Shown here one piece after another: positions 24,196 to 32,000 of a stretch of DNA of 32,000 nt. The DNA is from an uncultured Chloroflexia bacterium (GTDB lineage: Bacteria > Chloroflexota > Anaerolineae > Anaerolineales > Anaerolineaceae), in contig OY969938.1 of NCBI GenBank assembly GCA_963704755.1, positions 270,001 through 302,000 of the forward strand, read 5' to 3'. The notes beneath the pieces are model-generated. The model did not search any database. It saw only the letters and a program-made list of their open reading frames with translations, and was not told where the DNA came from. Every line of letters begins with the position of its first letter. Within the stretch, counting starts at the first letter, position 1. Position numbers and translations under genes: made by a program.

Positions 24196-25077
24196 CTAGG
24201 CGAGGTTGGCTTTTGAGATAGCGTTGATGCTCTCCAGGTGGGACGGGTTGTAGGCGTCCCCAAATTTCGTCTTGGGTAATCCGGCTTTGATTTCCATCAG
24301 TTGTTCGTATTCGTCATCCTCTAGCATGGCCACGCACCGGCCAATGCTGGCCTCTCCATCCACGAAGCGCCAGGGGAAGAACCCCAGGGTAACCCGCCGG
24401 TTGAGCAGCAGATCTAAATCGCCGCCGATGCATTCCGCGTGAATGATGCCGTAGGGGAACATCTCCAGGTGCATGAGCTGGTATTTCGAATCGTCGAAGA
24501 CTTCAGCAACCGATTTGCCGAATTTCTTTTGGAATACGATTTCGGCCTGGCGGGCCTGGCGTGGCATCCAGTCGCGGATAATCGTATTCATCGGGTGATC
24601 GGCGCTGCCACAATCCACTCCAATCCAGCGTAATTTTTTTGCCTTGGCCCAATCGGCGAATTCGCGGTCCGGACCGGGGTGCATCACCATGTAGCGGATC
24701 TCATTGGCAAACGGTTGGTCCCAGCCAAAGTGATGGTAGCCGGTATGGATTATAAGGATATCCCCTTCGTGAACTTCAACTCGTTCTTCGACCATCTGGC
24801 TGGTATAGATATCGTAATCACCGCAGATATCCGAAAGGTCAACCACCGCCGCCTCGTGGACCAGGAAATCCATATCCAGGGAGGCAATATCCTTACCCGG
24901 CGTGTGGAAGTGAATTTCCCCATCCAGGTGAGTACCCAGATGGTTCGAATGAGTTACCACCTGCCCATTGGCGCCATTTGGAGCCAGGCGTTTGAAATAT
25001 TTCACTTGCAGTGGCTCGTAGGTCGGCCAGGGTGGCGTGCCAATCCCCAGCGGAATAGTAAGGTCGATAAATTTCAT
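24196..25077 (-). CDS. Cyclase-family protein (kynurenine-formamidase-like metal-dependent hydrolase, PF04199-type)
   Basis: 293 aa. Contains HLGTHLDGEIHF, matching the HxGTHxDxPxH metal-binding signature. AAGGAG SD lies 7 nt before ATG 25077. Confidence 0.8.
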   Translation of the reverse strand: MKFIDLTIPLGIGTPPWPTYEPLQVKYFKRLAPNGANGQVVTHSNHLGTHLDGEIHFHTPGKDIASLDMDFLVHEAAVVDLSDICGDYDIYTSQMVEERVEVHEGDILIIHTGYHHFGWDQPFANEIRYMVMHPGPDREFADWAKAKKLRWIGVDCGSADHPMNTIIRDWMPRQARQAEIVFQKKFGKSVAEVFDDSKYQLMHLEMFPYGIIHAECIGGDLDLLLNRRVTLGFFPWRFVDGEASIGRCVAMLEDDEYEQLMEIKAGLPKTKFGDAYNPSHLESINAISKANLA

Positions 25078-25090
25078 TTGTCAGCTCCTT

Positions 25091-25130
25091 TGAAAAACAA
25101 AATCCCCTCCAAAATCATTCTGGAGAGGGG
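25091..25130 (-). promoter_or_regulatory. Terminator-like hairpin in the 5' leader of the cyclase-family gene (candidate attenuator or riboswitch expression platform)
   Basis: The minus strand reads CCCCTCTCCAGAATGATTTTGGAGGGG (6-7 bp GC-rich stem), then ATTTTGTTTTTC, then directly the AAGGAG SD. Confidence 0.4.
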
Positions 25131-25362
25131 CAATCCGGGTTGCCTGGATATTACCGCGCAAACATAATCCGCCCGGGTTTTTCGAAATCCTGTGCAGCCA
25201 ATCAAATTAATGAGGATAATGCCGATAGATGGTTTCATTTTCCTCGTTTTTTCAATTCAAATACCAGGAAAATTACTCGCCCACCATGGATCTTTGTCAG
25301 ACTGGTGCATAATCGTGCTGTGCGCCAACTATCTTTTATGATTATCGTATAAAATATTTTTA

Positions 25363-26313
25363 ATGTCAAATAAATCGTTATTATCAACAGACGAATCGAT
25401 ACGACCTCCCCATCCGTCCCAAACCAGATGGTTTAACGTGGTCAGCATGGGCCAAATGGCCTCAGAAATCCTGCAGGATGGCGTTCCTGTCGTTGTCCGC
25501 GGGCGCACCTCCCAGGGAATTTTTCTCGAGGCGGGTCCAGAGGGTGTCATCTTCGTTACCCAATCGACTTATCGTGGTCCCCTGACGGTCAACCTCTTAC
25601 CAGAAAATGATTTTATAAAATTAGCCGGGGAGAACGACCAGGGTTATGTAGGCGATAGCTGCCTGGAATTGCACCCCACTGCCCTGGGTCTGAATTGGTC
25701 GAGGATAGATTTTTGGAAGTTAAAAAACGAAGTAGTCGCATTTGATAATATATTGGCTACGCGCATTAATTATAATATCCAGGTTTTACTAAACGAAATC
25801 GTCGCGCGTAGGAACGATCAAAATGACTACCTGAACTTTATATCCCCCCGATTGCATACTGAAAATACCGTTCAAGGGACGATCCTGGCGATCGCTATCC
25901 CCCAAGTCCTCGCAGCACTTTGGAAGAATGACCTGCCCCTATTCTCCGGCGCGGCTCGCAAAATCATTGGCCTGGGCAGGGGTTTGACTCCCTCTGGGGA
26001 CGACTTTCTATCCGGCGTTTTTTATGCCTTACACCGGATCGCCAGTCCCGCAGCACCCTATCTCAACACATTTGATGACACCCTGCTCCAGATTGCCAGG
26101 GCTCGCACGACCCGCATCAGCGCGAATTTGATTCAGTGTTCACTCCGGGGCCAGGTCGATGAACGCCTAAACGCAGCTTTCGATACCTTGCTCTCTCTTA
26201 CCCCGATTGACCCGGTGGTCCTGACCGGAATCTTAAACTGGGGCAGCTCTTCAGGTGTGGATTGGACCTGTGGCGTAATTTGTGCCCTAAGATTATTGAT
26301 AAAACACATTTGA
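25363..26313 (+). CDS. DUF2877 domain protein (AllH/YlbF-like)
   Basis: IGLGRGLTPSGDDFLSGVFYAL and NWGSSSGVDWTCGV match my recollection of the G-x-G-x-GLTPS-x-DD ... G-x-(T/S)SG-x-D pattern in YlbF/AllH-type proteins. Confidence 0.65.
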   Translation: MSNKSLLSTDESIRPPHPSQTRWFNVVSMGQMASEILQDGVPVVVRGRTSQGIFLEAGPEGVIFVTQSTYRGPLTVNLLPENDFIKLAGENDQGYVGDSCLELHPTALGLNWSRIDFWKLKNEVVAFDNILATRINYNIQVLLNEIVARRNDQNDYLNFISPRLHTENTVQGTILAIAIPQVLAALWKNDLPLFSGAARKIIGLGRGLTPSGDDFLSGVFYALHRIASPAAPYLNTFDDTLLQIARARTTRISANLIQCSLRGQVDERLNAAFDTLLSLTPIDPVVLTGILNWGSSSGVDWTCGVICALRLLIKHI

Positions 26314-26343
26314 AATATTGGCTACACGCATTTTCGCTGCTTA

Positions 26344-27870
26344 TTATGGGTTTTTCAGAAAACTTGAAAACACCACGCTCAGATCTTCCGGCGAATTCTT
26401 TTGCAAAATGCCGATCAAATCATTCTCATTCGCGATCTTCTTGTTGAATTCCTGGTGATATTCGCTCAGGCTGGCAAAAAACAGATCATCGCCCATCGTA
26501 TCTCGGACCTGCTGCAAGAATTTGGCGCCGTTGAGATAAACCGCGTTACGGTAAGCCTCGTAGCCCTTGTAGTCATACACCGACAGGTCGATATATCCGC
26601 TCGGGTCGTAGTAATCGACCCGGTATCCCCACCACCAACTTGCCAGGTCCGGGAAAGCCTTTTCATAATAGACTTCCTCAGAATATGTGGCCAGAGCCTC
26701 ATCCAGCCAGGGCTGCATGGCCTGGTCATTGGCCACGGCGGCATACCACCATTGATGAGCGGTTTCATGCACGGTGATGGCTGAAAGATAACCCTTTTCA
26801 GTCCCGTCGTAGAGATTAAAGAACCCCTTGGACAAGAAGATCAAGCCCTGGTATTCCATCCCATCCAGAAAATCTGCCTCTACCACGTTCAAAGACTTCC
26901 GGTTTAAAGGCCCGTAGGTCTGTTCGTAAAGCGTATACGCCCGCACGGCATCGTCCAGTACTTGTTTTCCCCCGTTTTGGTCCAGCGGGAAGATATAAAC
27001 GTTAATAGTTGTATCGCCGGCATTCGCCGTCAACTCCTGGTAATCCGGGCTCATCGATACGACAAAGTTACGGGCATCTTTGAGCGTAAAATGATATTGA
27101 TCCCCATCCTGCTCGGCTGGCGAGCTGCCGGTAACGACCAGTGCCTGGGCTGCATTAACAATCTGCAATTGAACGTCGAAATCAGCGACCGGAAAGACCA
27201 GATATTCCCCAAAATACGACGGTTCATGCACCACCCAATCGCCGTTTGCGTCTAGCGGTGGCAGGTAAATCAGCCAGTCTGCCAGGTTCGTTTGCCGATC
27301 GGTATAACCGTAAACCTGCGGTTTTTGATCGTTGCTGGGCGGTGGAATTTGCGGCAAGTTCTCTTCAAAATTCAAAGCGATGACGGTGCTCGCACCCGGT
27401 GCCAACGGCTGTGTCAATTCTAAAGACAGTAAATGGCCTTTCAAATTGTATGCGTTCGAATAATCCTGTCCGTCAACGCCGATGCTGTTGAGCGAAAAGC
27501 CCTTGTAATACAGGTTCGGTTCGACCACCAGGTCGATCTCAGCCAGGCTGCCTGCCGCAGGATTACTGAAGGTTAGCTGCTCCTGAACTGACATAGTCTT
27601 CTGGTAATCATCGTAGATGGCGCTGATCTGGTACTGTGGATTTGCAGCCGGCGCAGGAGCCGCGGTTGTTGGCGTGCCTTCCTGTGCGACAGCGGGTGTT
27701 TCAGTGATTTCAGTTATCGGCAAAGCGGTGACTGTGGCTGAAGAAAAGGCATCGCCGCTAGCATTGCCGGTGGGTAGACTTTCCCCAGGATTACGCGTTT
27801 TTGAACATCCGGACAACAAAAGTAAACCTGCCAAAAAGATCAACCCCGCCGTATAACAACCTGGTCTCAT
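26344..27870 (-). CDS. M1-family zinc metallopeptidase (aminopeptidase N-like), lipoprotein
   Basis: HETAHQWWY...WLDEALATY fits HExxH-x18-E. A GMEY variant of the GAMEN motif lies upstream. ATG 27870 gives MRPGCYTAGLIFLAGLLLLSGC, with a lipobox. The track start 27906 is TTG. Confidence 0.85.
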   Translation of the reverse strand: MRPGCYTAGLIFLAGLLLLSGCSKTRNPGESLPTGNASGDAFSSATVTALPITEITETPAVAQEGTPTTAAPAPAANPQYQISAIYDDYQKTMSVQEQLTFSNPAAGSLAEIDLVVEPNLYYKGFSLNSIGVDGQDYSNAYNLKGHLLSLELTQPLAPGASTVIALNFEENLPQIPPPSNDQKPQVYGYTDRQTNLADWLIYLPPLDANGDWVVHEPSYFGEYLVFPVADFDVQLQIVNAAQALVVTGSSPAEQDGDQYHFTLKDARNFVVSMSPDYQELTANAGDTTINVYIFPLDQNGGKQVLDDAVRAYTLYEQTYGPLNRKSLNVVEADFLDGMEYQGLIFLSKGFFNLYDGTEKGYLSAITVHETAHQWWYAAVANDQAMQPWLDEALATYSEEVYYEKAFPDLASWWWGYRVDYYDPSGYIDLSVYDYKGYEAYRNAVYLNGAKFLQQVRDTMGDDLFFASLSEYHQEFNKKIANENDLIGILQKNSPEDLSVVFSSFLKNP

Positions 27871-27979
27871 AATATAAAACCCATTGGGAAAAATTTTTAG
27901 AATCAAACCGGCGCCGCTTCCGGGTCGAACGCCTGGATAACCGTATTATAATGTCTCAAAACGCAACGAGGAACCATCA

Positions 27980-28720
27980 TTGACGACTATGAGCGACCCA
28001 AAAATTTTCAAACTTGTCCTCTTACTTGCCCGGCCCGCGGCTGGCAAAAGCGAAGTCATCGATTATTTAAAAAATACGCCTCTGCCGGAACGGATCGCTC
28101 GTTTCCATATCGGCAAGATCGCTGAACTGGACGATTTCCCGATGCTCTGGACCTGGTTCGAAGAAGATGGGCTGCTCGAGAAAATGGGCCAACCCAGGCT
28201 GCATACCGATGCCCAAGCCAACTTTCTGCACATCCATCTTTGGGACGTTTTAATCGAACGGCTTTGCCTGGAATATAGCAAACTGACCCGCAACCTGTCC
28301 GCCAACGGCCAGGACCAGACCACAACAATCATGGAATTTTCACGCGGCAGCGAACACGGTGGGTTCCAACGCGCCTTTGAGCACCTGTCCGAAAAGGTCC
28401 AGGAGGATGCCGGCATCCTTTACATCCAGGTTTCCTGGGAAGAATCGCTGCGCAAAAATCGGCGCCGTTTCAACCCCGACCGGCCAGATAGTGTTCTCGA
28501 GCATGGTTTACCAGACGAAAAATTAGCCCGTCTGTACCGTGAAACCGATTGGCCCCAGGTCAGCCAGGGTAATCCCGATTACATTTCGATCCTGGACAGG
28601 CAAATCCCCTACGCCGTCATGGAAAACGAAGACGACGTGACTACCCCGCGTGGTTCCGAACTGGGAAACCGGTTGGAAACCTGCCTGAGTCACTTATGGG
28701 ATCGATATACTACGCGGTAA
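27980..28720 (+). CDS. P-loop NTPase / kinase-like protein of unknown specificity
   Basis: Walker A ARPAAGKSE near the N-terminus. Beyond that I recognise no family. TTG 27980 has GAGGAA 6 nt upstream; an alternative ATG lies at 27989. Confidence 0.55.
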   Translation: MTTMSDPKIFKLVLLLARPAAGKSEVIDYLKNTPLPERIARFHIGKIAELDDFPMLWTWFEEDGLLEKMGQPRLHTDAQANFLHIHLWDVLIERLCLEYSKLTRNLSANGQDQTTTIMEFSRGSEHGGFQRAFEHLSEKVQEDAGILYIQVSWEESLRKNRRRFNPDRPDSVLEHGLPDEKLARLYRETDWPQVSQGNPDYISILDRQIPYAVMENEDDVTTPRGSELGNRLETCLSHLWDRYTTR

Positions 28721-28732
28721 CTGCGCAGTAAT

Positions 28733-30592
28733 TTAATCAGCCTCGACCAGTTCCTTGGCCTTTTTGGTCTGTTTGCCGCGCTCCTCGGTGTTCAGGATCC
28801 GTTTGCGGATCCGGTAATTGAGCGGGGTAACTTCCAACAGCTCGTCGTCGGCCAGATATTCGATTGCTTCGTCCAGGCTCATCATCCGCGGGGGCGAAAG
28901 ACGCACCTCGATGTCTTTGTTCGAGGAGCGCATATTGGTCAGGTGCTTTTTCTTGCAAACGTTGACGGTGAGATCGCTTGGGCGTGGAGTTTCCCCAACT
29001 ACCATGCCTTCGTAAACCTCAACTCCGGCACCCAAAAAGAGTACGGCCCGTTCCTCGGCATTCTTGAGGCCATAATTCGATGTTACGCCGTCTTCCCAGG
29101 CCACAACCGAACTGGTTGCCCGAAACGGAATAGCACCGATTGTAGGCGCGTACCCATGGAAAATCGTGTTCATGACACCCATCCCACGGGTAGCCGTCAG
29201 GAATTGATAACGGAAGCCCAACAAACCCCGCGTAGGGATGATATAGGTCAAATGTACGGTATTGTCCGGGTTGTTAACCAGGTCTACCATCTGGCCTTTC
29301 CGCGTGCCCAACATTTCTACCACCGTTCCAACCGTGTCGGCGCTGGTTTCGATGTGTACTTCCTCGAATGGTTCGAGTGTTTGGCCGTCCGGACCTTGCT
29401 TGAAAATGGCTTCCGGCCTGGAAACCTGAAATTCGTAGCCCTCGCGCCGCATCGTTTCGATTAAAATCGCCAGGTGCAGCTCTCCTCTACCGGAGACAAG
29501 GAAGGTATCGGCACTCTCGGTCTCGGCTACACGCAAAGCGACATTATTACGCAGTTCAGAAAACAGGCGCTCGCGCAGCTTTCGCGAAGTGCTCCACTTA
29601 CCATCCCGACCGGAGAATGGCGAGGAATTTACCCCAAAAGTCATCCGGACGGTGGGCTCTTCTACGCGGATCGGAGGCAGCGCGATTGGGTTTTCTGCGT
29701 CGGCCAGTGTTTCACCGATTTCGATCCCCTCCAGCCCGGCAATTACCACAATGTCTCCCGCAGCAGCTTCCCCGACCTCGACTTTTTGAAGTCCCTGGAA
29801 CTCGGAAAGGTAACGGGCGCGCTCCGGAAGGACCTGTCCTTCCACGGTAATACGCGCAATCGGTTCACCTGCAGTAACTTTTCCCGAAGTGATCCGTCCA
29901 ACCGCTGTGACGCCGCGATAATCGTCATACCCCAGGTTCGTCACCAGCATCTGGAACGGCTTGTCGGCTTCCACCAACGGGCAAGGGATATTGCGCAATA
30001 TCGCGTTGAATAAGGGCTGCAAATCCGGCCCGATATCCTCAGTCAACCCGGCCTGCTGAGTGATCGCGTTGGCATAAATGACCGGGAAATCAGCCTGCCG
30101 GTCAGAAGCGCCCAACTCGACGAACAAGTCAAAGGTATCATTCAACACCCGCGACGGCTCGGCATCTTTACGGTCCATTTTGTTGATGACGACTATCGCC
30201 TTGTGGCCCATTTCGAGCGCCTTTTTCAACACAAACCGGGTTTGCGGCATGGGGCCTTCGGCAGCATCGACCAGAAGCAGCACACCATCCACCATGTTCA
30301 TCACCCGTTCAACCTCACCGCCAAAATCGGCGTGCCCGGGGGTGTCCACAATATTGATCTTGACCAACTTACCAGTTTCTGGGTCAGGAATGGTTACTGC
30401 GGTGTTCTTCGCCAAAATGGTGATACCCCGCTCACGCTCCAGGTCATTCGAATCCATGACCCGCTCTTGGACCTGCTGGTTTTCCCTGAAAACTTTTGCC
30501 TGTTTTAGTAAGCCATCAACCAGTGTTGTCTTGCCATGATCAACGTGGGCAATAATCGCCACATTGCGAATATCTTCTCTTTTACTTAACAT
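28733..30592 (-). CDS. typA: Translational GTPase TypA/BipA
   Basis: [19 protein letters not shown] (G1), [11 protein letters not shown] (G3), NKMD (G4). EF-G-like domains and a BipA-specific C-terminal domain are present. ATG 30592 gives [10 protein letters not shown]. Confidence 0.95.
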   Translation of the reverse strand: MLSKREDIRNVAIIAHVDHGKTTLVDGLLKQAKVFRENQQVQERVMDSNDLERERGITILAKNTAVTIPDPETGKLVKINIVDTPGHADFGGEVERVMNMVDGVLLLVDAAEGPMPQTRFVLKKALEMGHKAIVVINKMDRKDAEPSRVLNDTFDLFVELGASDRQADFPVIYANAITQQAGLTEDIGPDLQPLFNAILRNIPCPLVEADKPFQMLVTNLGYDDYRGVTAVGRITSGKVTAGEPIARITVEGQVLPERARYLSEFQGLQKVEVGEAAAGDIVVIAGLEGIEIGETLADAENPIALPPIRVEEPTVRMTFGVNSSPFSGRDGKWSTSRKLRERLFSELRNNVALRVAETESADTFLVSGRGELHLAILIETMRREGYEFQVSRPEAIFKQGPDGQTLEPFEEVHIETSADTVGTVVEMLGTRKGQMVDLVNNPDNTVHLTYIIPTRGLLGFRYQFLTATRGMGVMNTIFHGYAPTIGAIPFRATSSVVAWEDGVTSNYGLKNAEERAVLFLGAGVEVYEGMVVGETPRPSDLTVNVCKKKHLTNMRSSNKDIEVRLSPPRMMSLDEAIEYLADDELLEVTPLNYRIRKRILNTEERGKQTKKAKELVEAD

Positions 30593-30720
30593 AGAACCTT
30601 TCCATCTACCTGGTAACATACAAGACCCCCGGCTAGGGCCGAGGGCGAATAGTCAATCGACTCTCAAATCATATCAAAAATATGGGTTTTTGTGAAGGTG
30701 TAGACCTCAATCCGGTTTGA

Positions 30721-31560
30721 CTAATGACGGATGCTCTTCTTTAATAGGAGCAAATACAGCCCAAAAATGATCAGGCTGATGGATCCTGTATTGGCAATAA
30801 ACGAGGCCGCGTTTTGGGGATCCCCCCCAATGTACAAACCCCAGCCAACGACCGCCAGCACTCCCCCGGGGATCAACGGCCACCAGATAAATTTGGTCGT
30901 CAAAACCCGCGAAAACAGGATGATTAACCCCCAACCGATTGCAAAAAGTACCAGCATGGTCCCGGTCTTGGTCAGGGCGTTGATCGCAAATTGGGTACCC
31001 CAGGCTAAGTAGATCCCGGGTCCGATCGTGATCAACAAGCTACCCGGAATAATCAAGCCGAACAATTTCGAGAAGATACCCCAGGCAAGCAGGACCAGGC
31101 CTGTCCCGGTTAGCAAATACAAAACGAAGTCCAAAAATCGAAGCTCGCTGTAGATAAAACACAATGCTAACGAAGCCAGAATAAAGCCGGGCACCAGGGC
31201 CCAATAACTGGCTGGGAGCGAGGCAAAGCGGGCAAAAACCGGGATCAGTATCCAACCCAGGGCGAATGCGAACAATAAATAACCAATTCTGCGGGTTACA
31301 ATTCCCTCGACAGCCTGGTTCAGGAACAAAAAACCGCCCACACCCAGGCCTGCCACCAGGTTGCCCGTGATGGTCAGGGATAATTTATGCTCCCGTTGTC
31401 CTTCGATCAAAAAAACTATTGCCGAAATCGGTACAACCGTGAATAATAACCAACTGGTCTTCAAGTACTGGTCGATCAAAATTGCGATGCCAATGGCGAT
31501 CAACCCAATTCCGACCAGATGGGGAAACCCTCTTTTAGTGTCCAATTCTGTGCGATCCAT
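30721..31560 (-). CDS. Polytopic integral membrane protein of unknown function (about 8 TM helices)
   Basis: 279 aa, almost entirely hydrophobic helices, with no soluble domain. It lies directly downstream of a LuxR-type response regulator gene. Confidence 0.6.
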   Translation of the reverse strand: MDRTELDTKRGFPHLVGIGLIAIGIAILIDQYLKTSWLLFTVVPISAIVFLIEGQREHKLSLTITGNLVAGLGVGGFLFLNQAVEGIVTRRIGYLLFAFALGWILIPVFARFASLPASYWALVPGFILASLALCFIYSELRFLDFVLYLLTGTGLVLLAWGIFSKLFGLIIPGSLLITIGPGIYLAWGTQFAINALTKTGTMLVLFAIGWGLIILFSRVLTTKFIWWPLIPGGVLAVVGWGLYIGGDPQNAASFIANTGSISLIIFGLYLLLLKKSIRH

Positions 31561-31679
31561 ATTTCATCCGCCAATTATGCTAATCTTACCTTAATATAAA
31601 TCCTTTTTCCCTTAGTGACTATCCTGCTAATCTCATAAATAATTATCACTGCCGGGTATGACCCGTTATGACCACCCAT

Positions 31680-32000
31680 TTAAATGACGCCAAGCTCCCG
31701 CGCTCTCAATACGGCGTGCATCCGGTCGCGTGCATCCAGCTTTCCCAGAATGCTGGTTAAATGGTTCTTTACAGTTCCTTCGGCGATCACCAGGCTCTCA
31801 GCAATCTCTTTGTTACTGGCGCCGGTGGCTACCATCCGCAGAACCTCTAACTCCCGATTGGATAGGTTGGACGCAATCATTTCCTGGTTGACATGCACCG
31901 GGCGCGCGATACGCGAGAACTCCGCCATGACTTTCGCGGTAATAGGCGGGGGCAGAAAATATTCCCCGCGGGCCGCAGAGCGGATCGCCTCATTCAATTT
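31680..32000 (-). CDS. Partial CDS: C-terminal LuxR/NarL-type HTH of a response regulator (N-terminus beyond window end)
   Basis: LSNRELEVLRMVATGASNKEIAESLVIAEGTVKNHLTSILGKLDARDRMHAVLRA. The preceding residues AIRSAARGEYFLPP look like the end of a receiver domain. Confidence 0.85.
   Translation of the reverse strand, partial: KLNEAIRSAARGEYFLPPPITAKVMAEFSRIARPVHVNQEMIASNLSNRELEVLRMVATGASNKEIAESLVIAEGTVKNHLTSILGKLDARDRMHAVLRARELGVI

Noticed and set aside
28718-28735. 10-bp palindrome ACTGCGCAGT between the convergent P-loop and typA stop codons
   Set aside because: It is too short and has no U-tract, so it cannot be called a terminator. It is likely incidental.
1-32000. Search for CRISPR arrays, tRNA/rRNA/tmRNA genes, IS elements or known defence-system genes
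   Set aside because: I saw no regularly spaced direct repeats, no T-loop/acceptor signatures in intergenic regions and no transposase, reverse transcriptase or nuclease-type ORFs. All ORFs of 200 aa or more are accounted for by the features listed.

Overview
Gene-dense 32-kb bacterial chromosomal segment with about 27 protein genes. I saw no rRNA, tRNA, CRISPR array or transposase. The taxon cannot be fixed from sequence alone; the gene content (HlyD/MacB exporter with no outer-membrane factor, NEW3-domain surface protein, XerC/D-like recombinase, apparent leaderless starts) loosely suggests a Chloroflexota-like monoderm. Modules, left to right: (1) partial GyrA-C-terminal-repeat protein, a 640-bp structured non-coding gap, and an MbfA-type ferritin-VIT1 iron exporter. 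(2) A tyrosine recombinase. (3) A four-gene minus-strand operon (HlyD/MacA-like adaptor, MacB-type ATPase, FtsX/MacB permease, G/F-rich lipoprotein) divergent from a HisKA_3 kinase/NarL-type regulator pair. (4) A visibly AT-richer block with a small 2x[4Fe-4S] ferredoxin and a LysR regulator broken by two frameshifts, divergent from a four-gene operon: molybdopterin (Mo/W-bisPGD) oxidoreductase without a Tat signal, four-cluster FeS subunit, DmsC-type anchor and MFS transporter. (5) An ABC-2 exporter (ATPase plus permease) with a membrane-anchored three-repeat NEW3/Ig-like surface protein. (6) lhgO (L-2-hydroxyglutarate oxidase) and a Kv-beta-type aldo-keto reductase. (7) A cyclase-family hydrolase plus a GNAT-like protein, divergent from a DUF2877 protein. 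(8) An M1 metallopeptidase lipoprotein, a P-loop kinase-like protein, typA/bipA, a polytopic membrane protein and a partial LuxR-type regulator. The most unusual points are the signal-less oxidoreductase/MFS module, a set of very long near-perfect palindromes in divergent promoter regions, two repeat families that bracket the efflux operon and lhgO, and two loci with frame disruptions.
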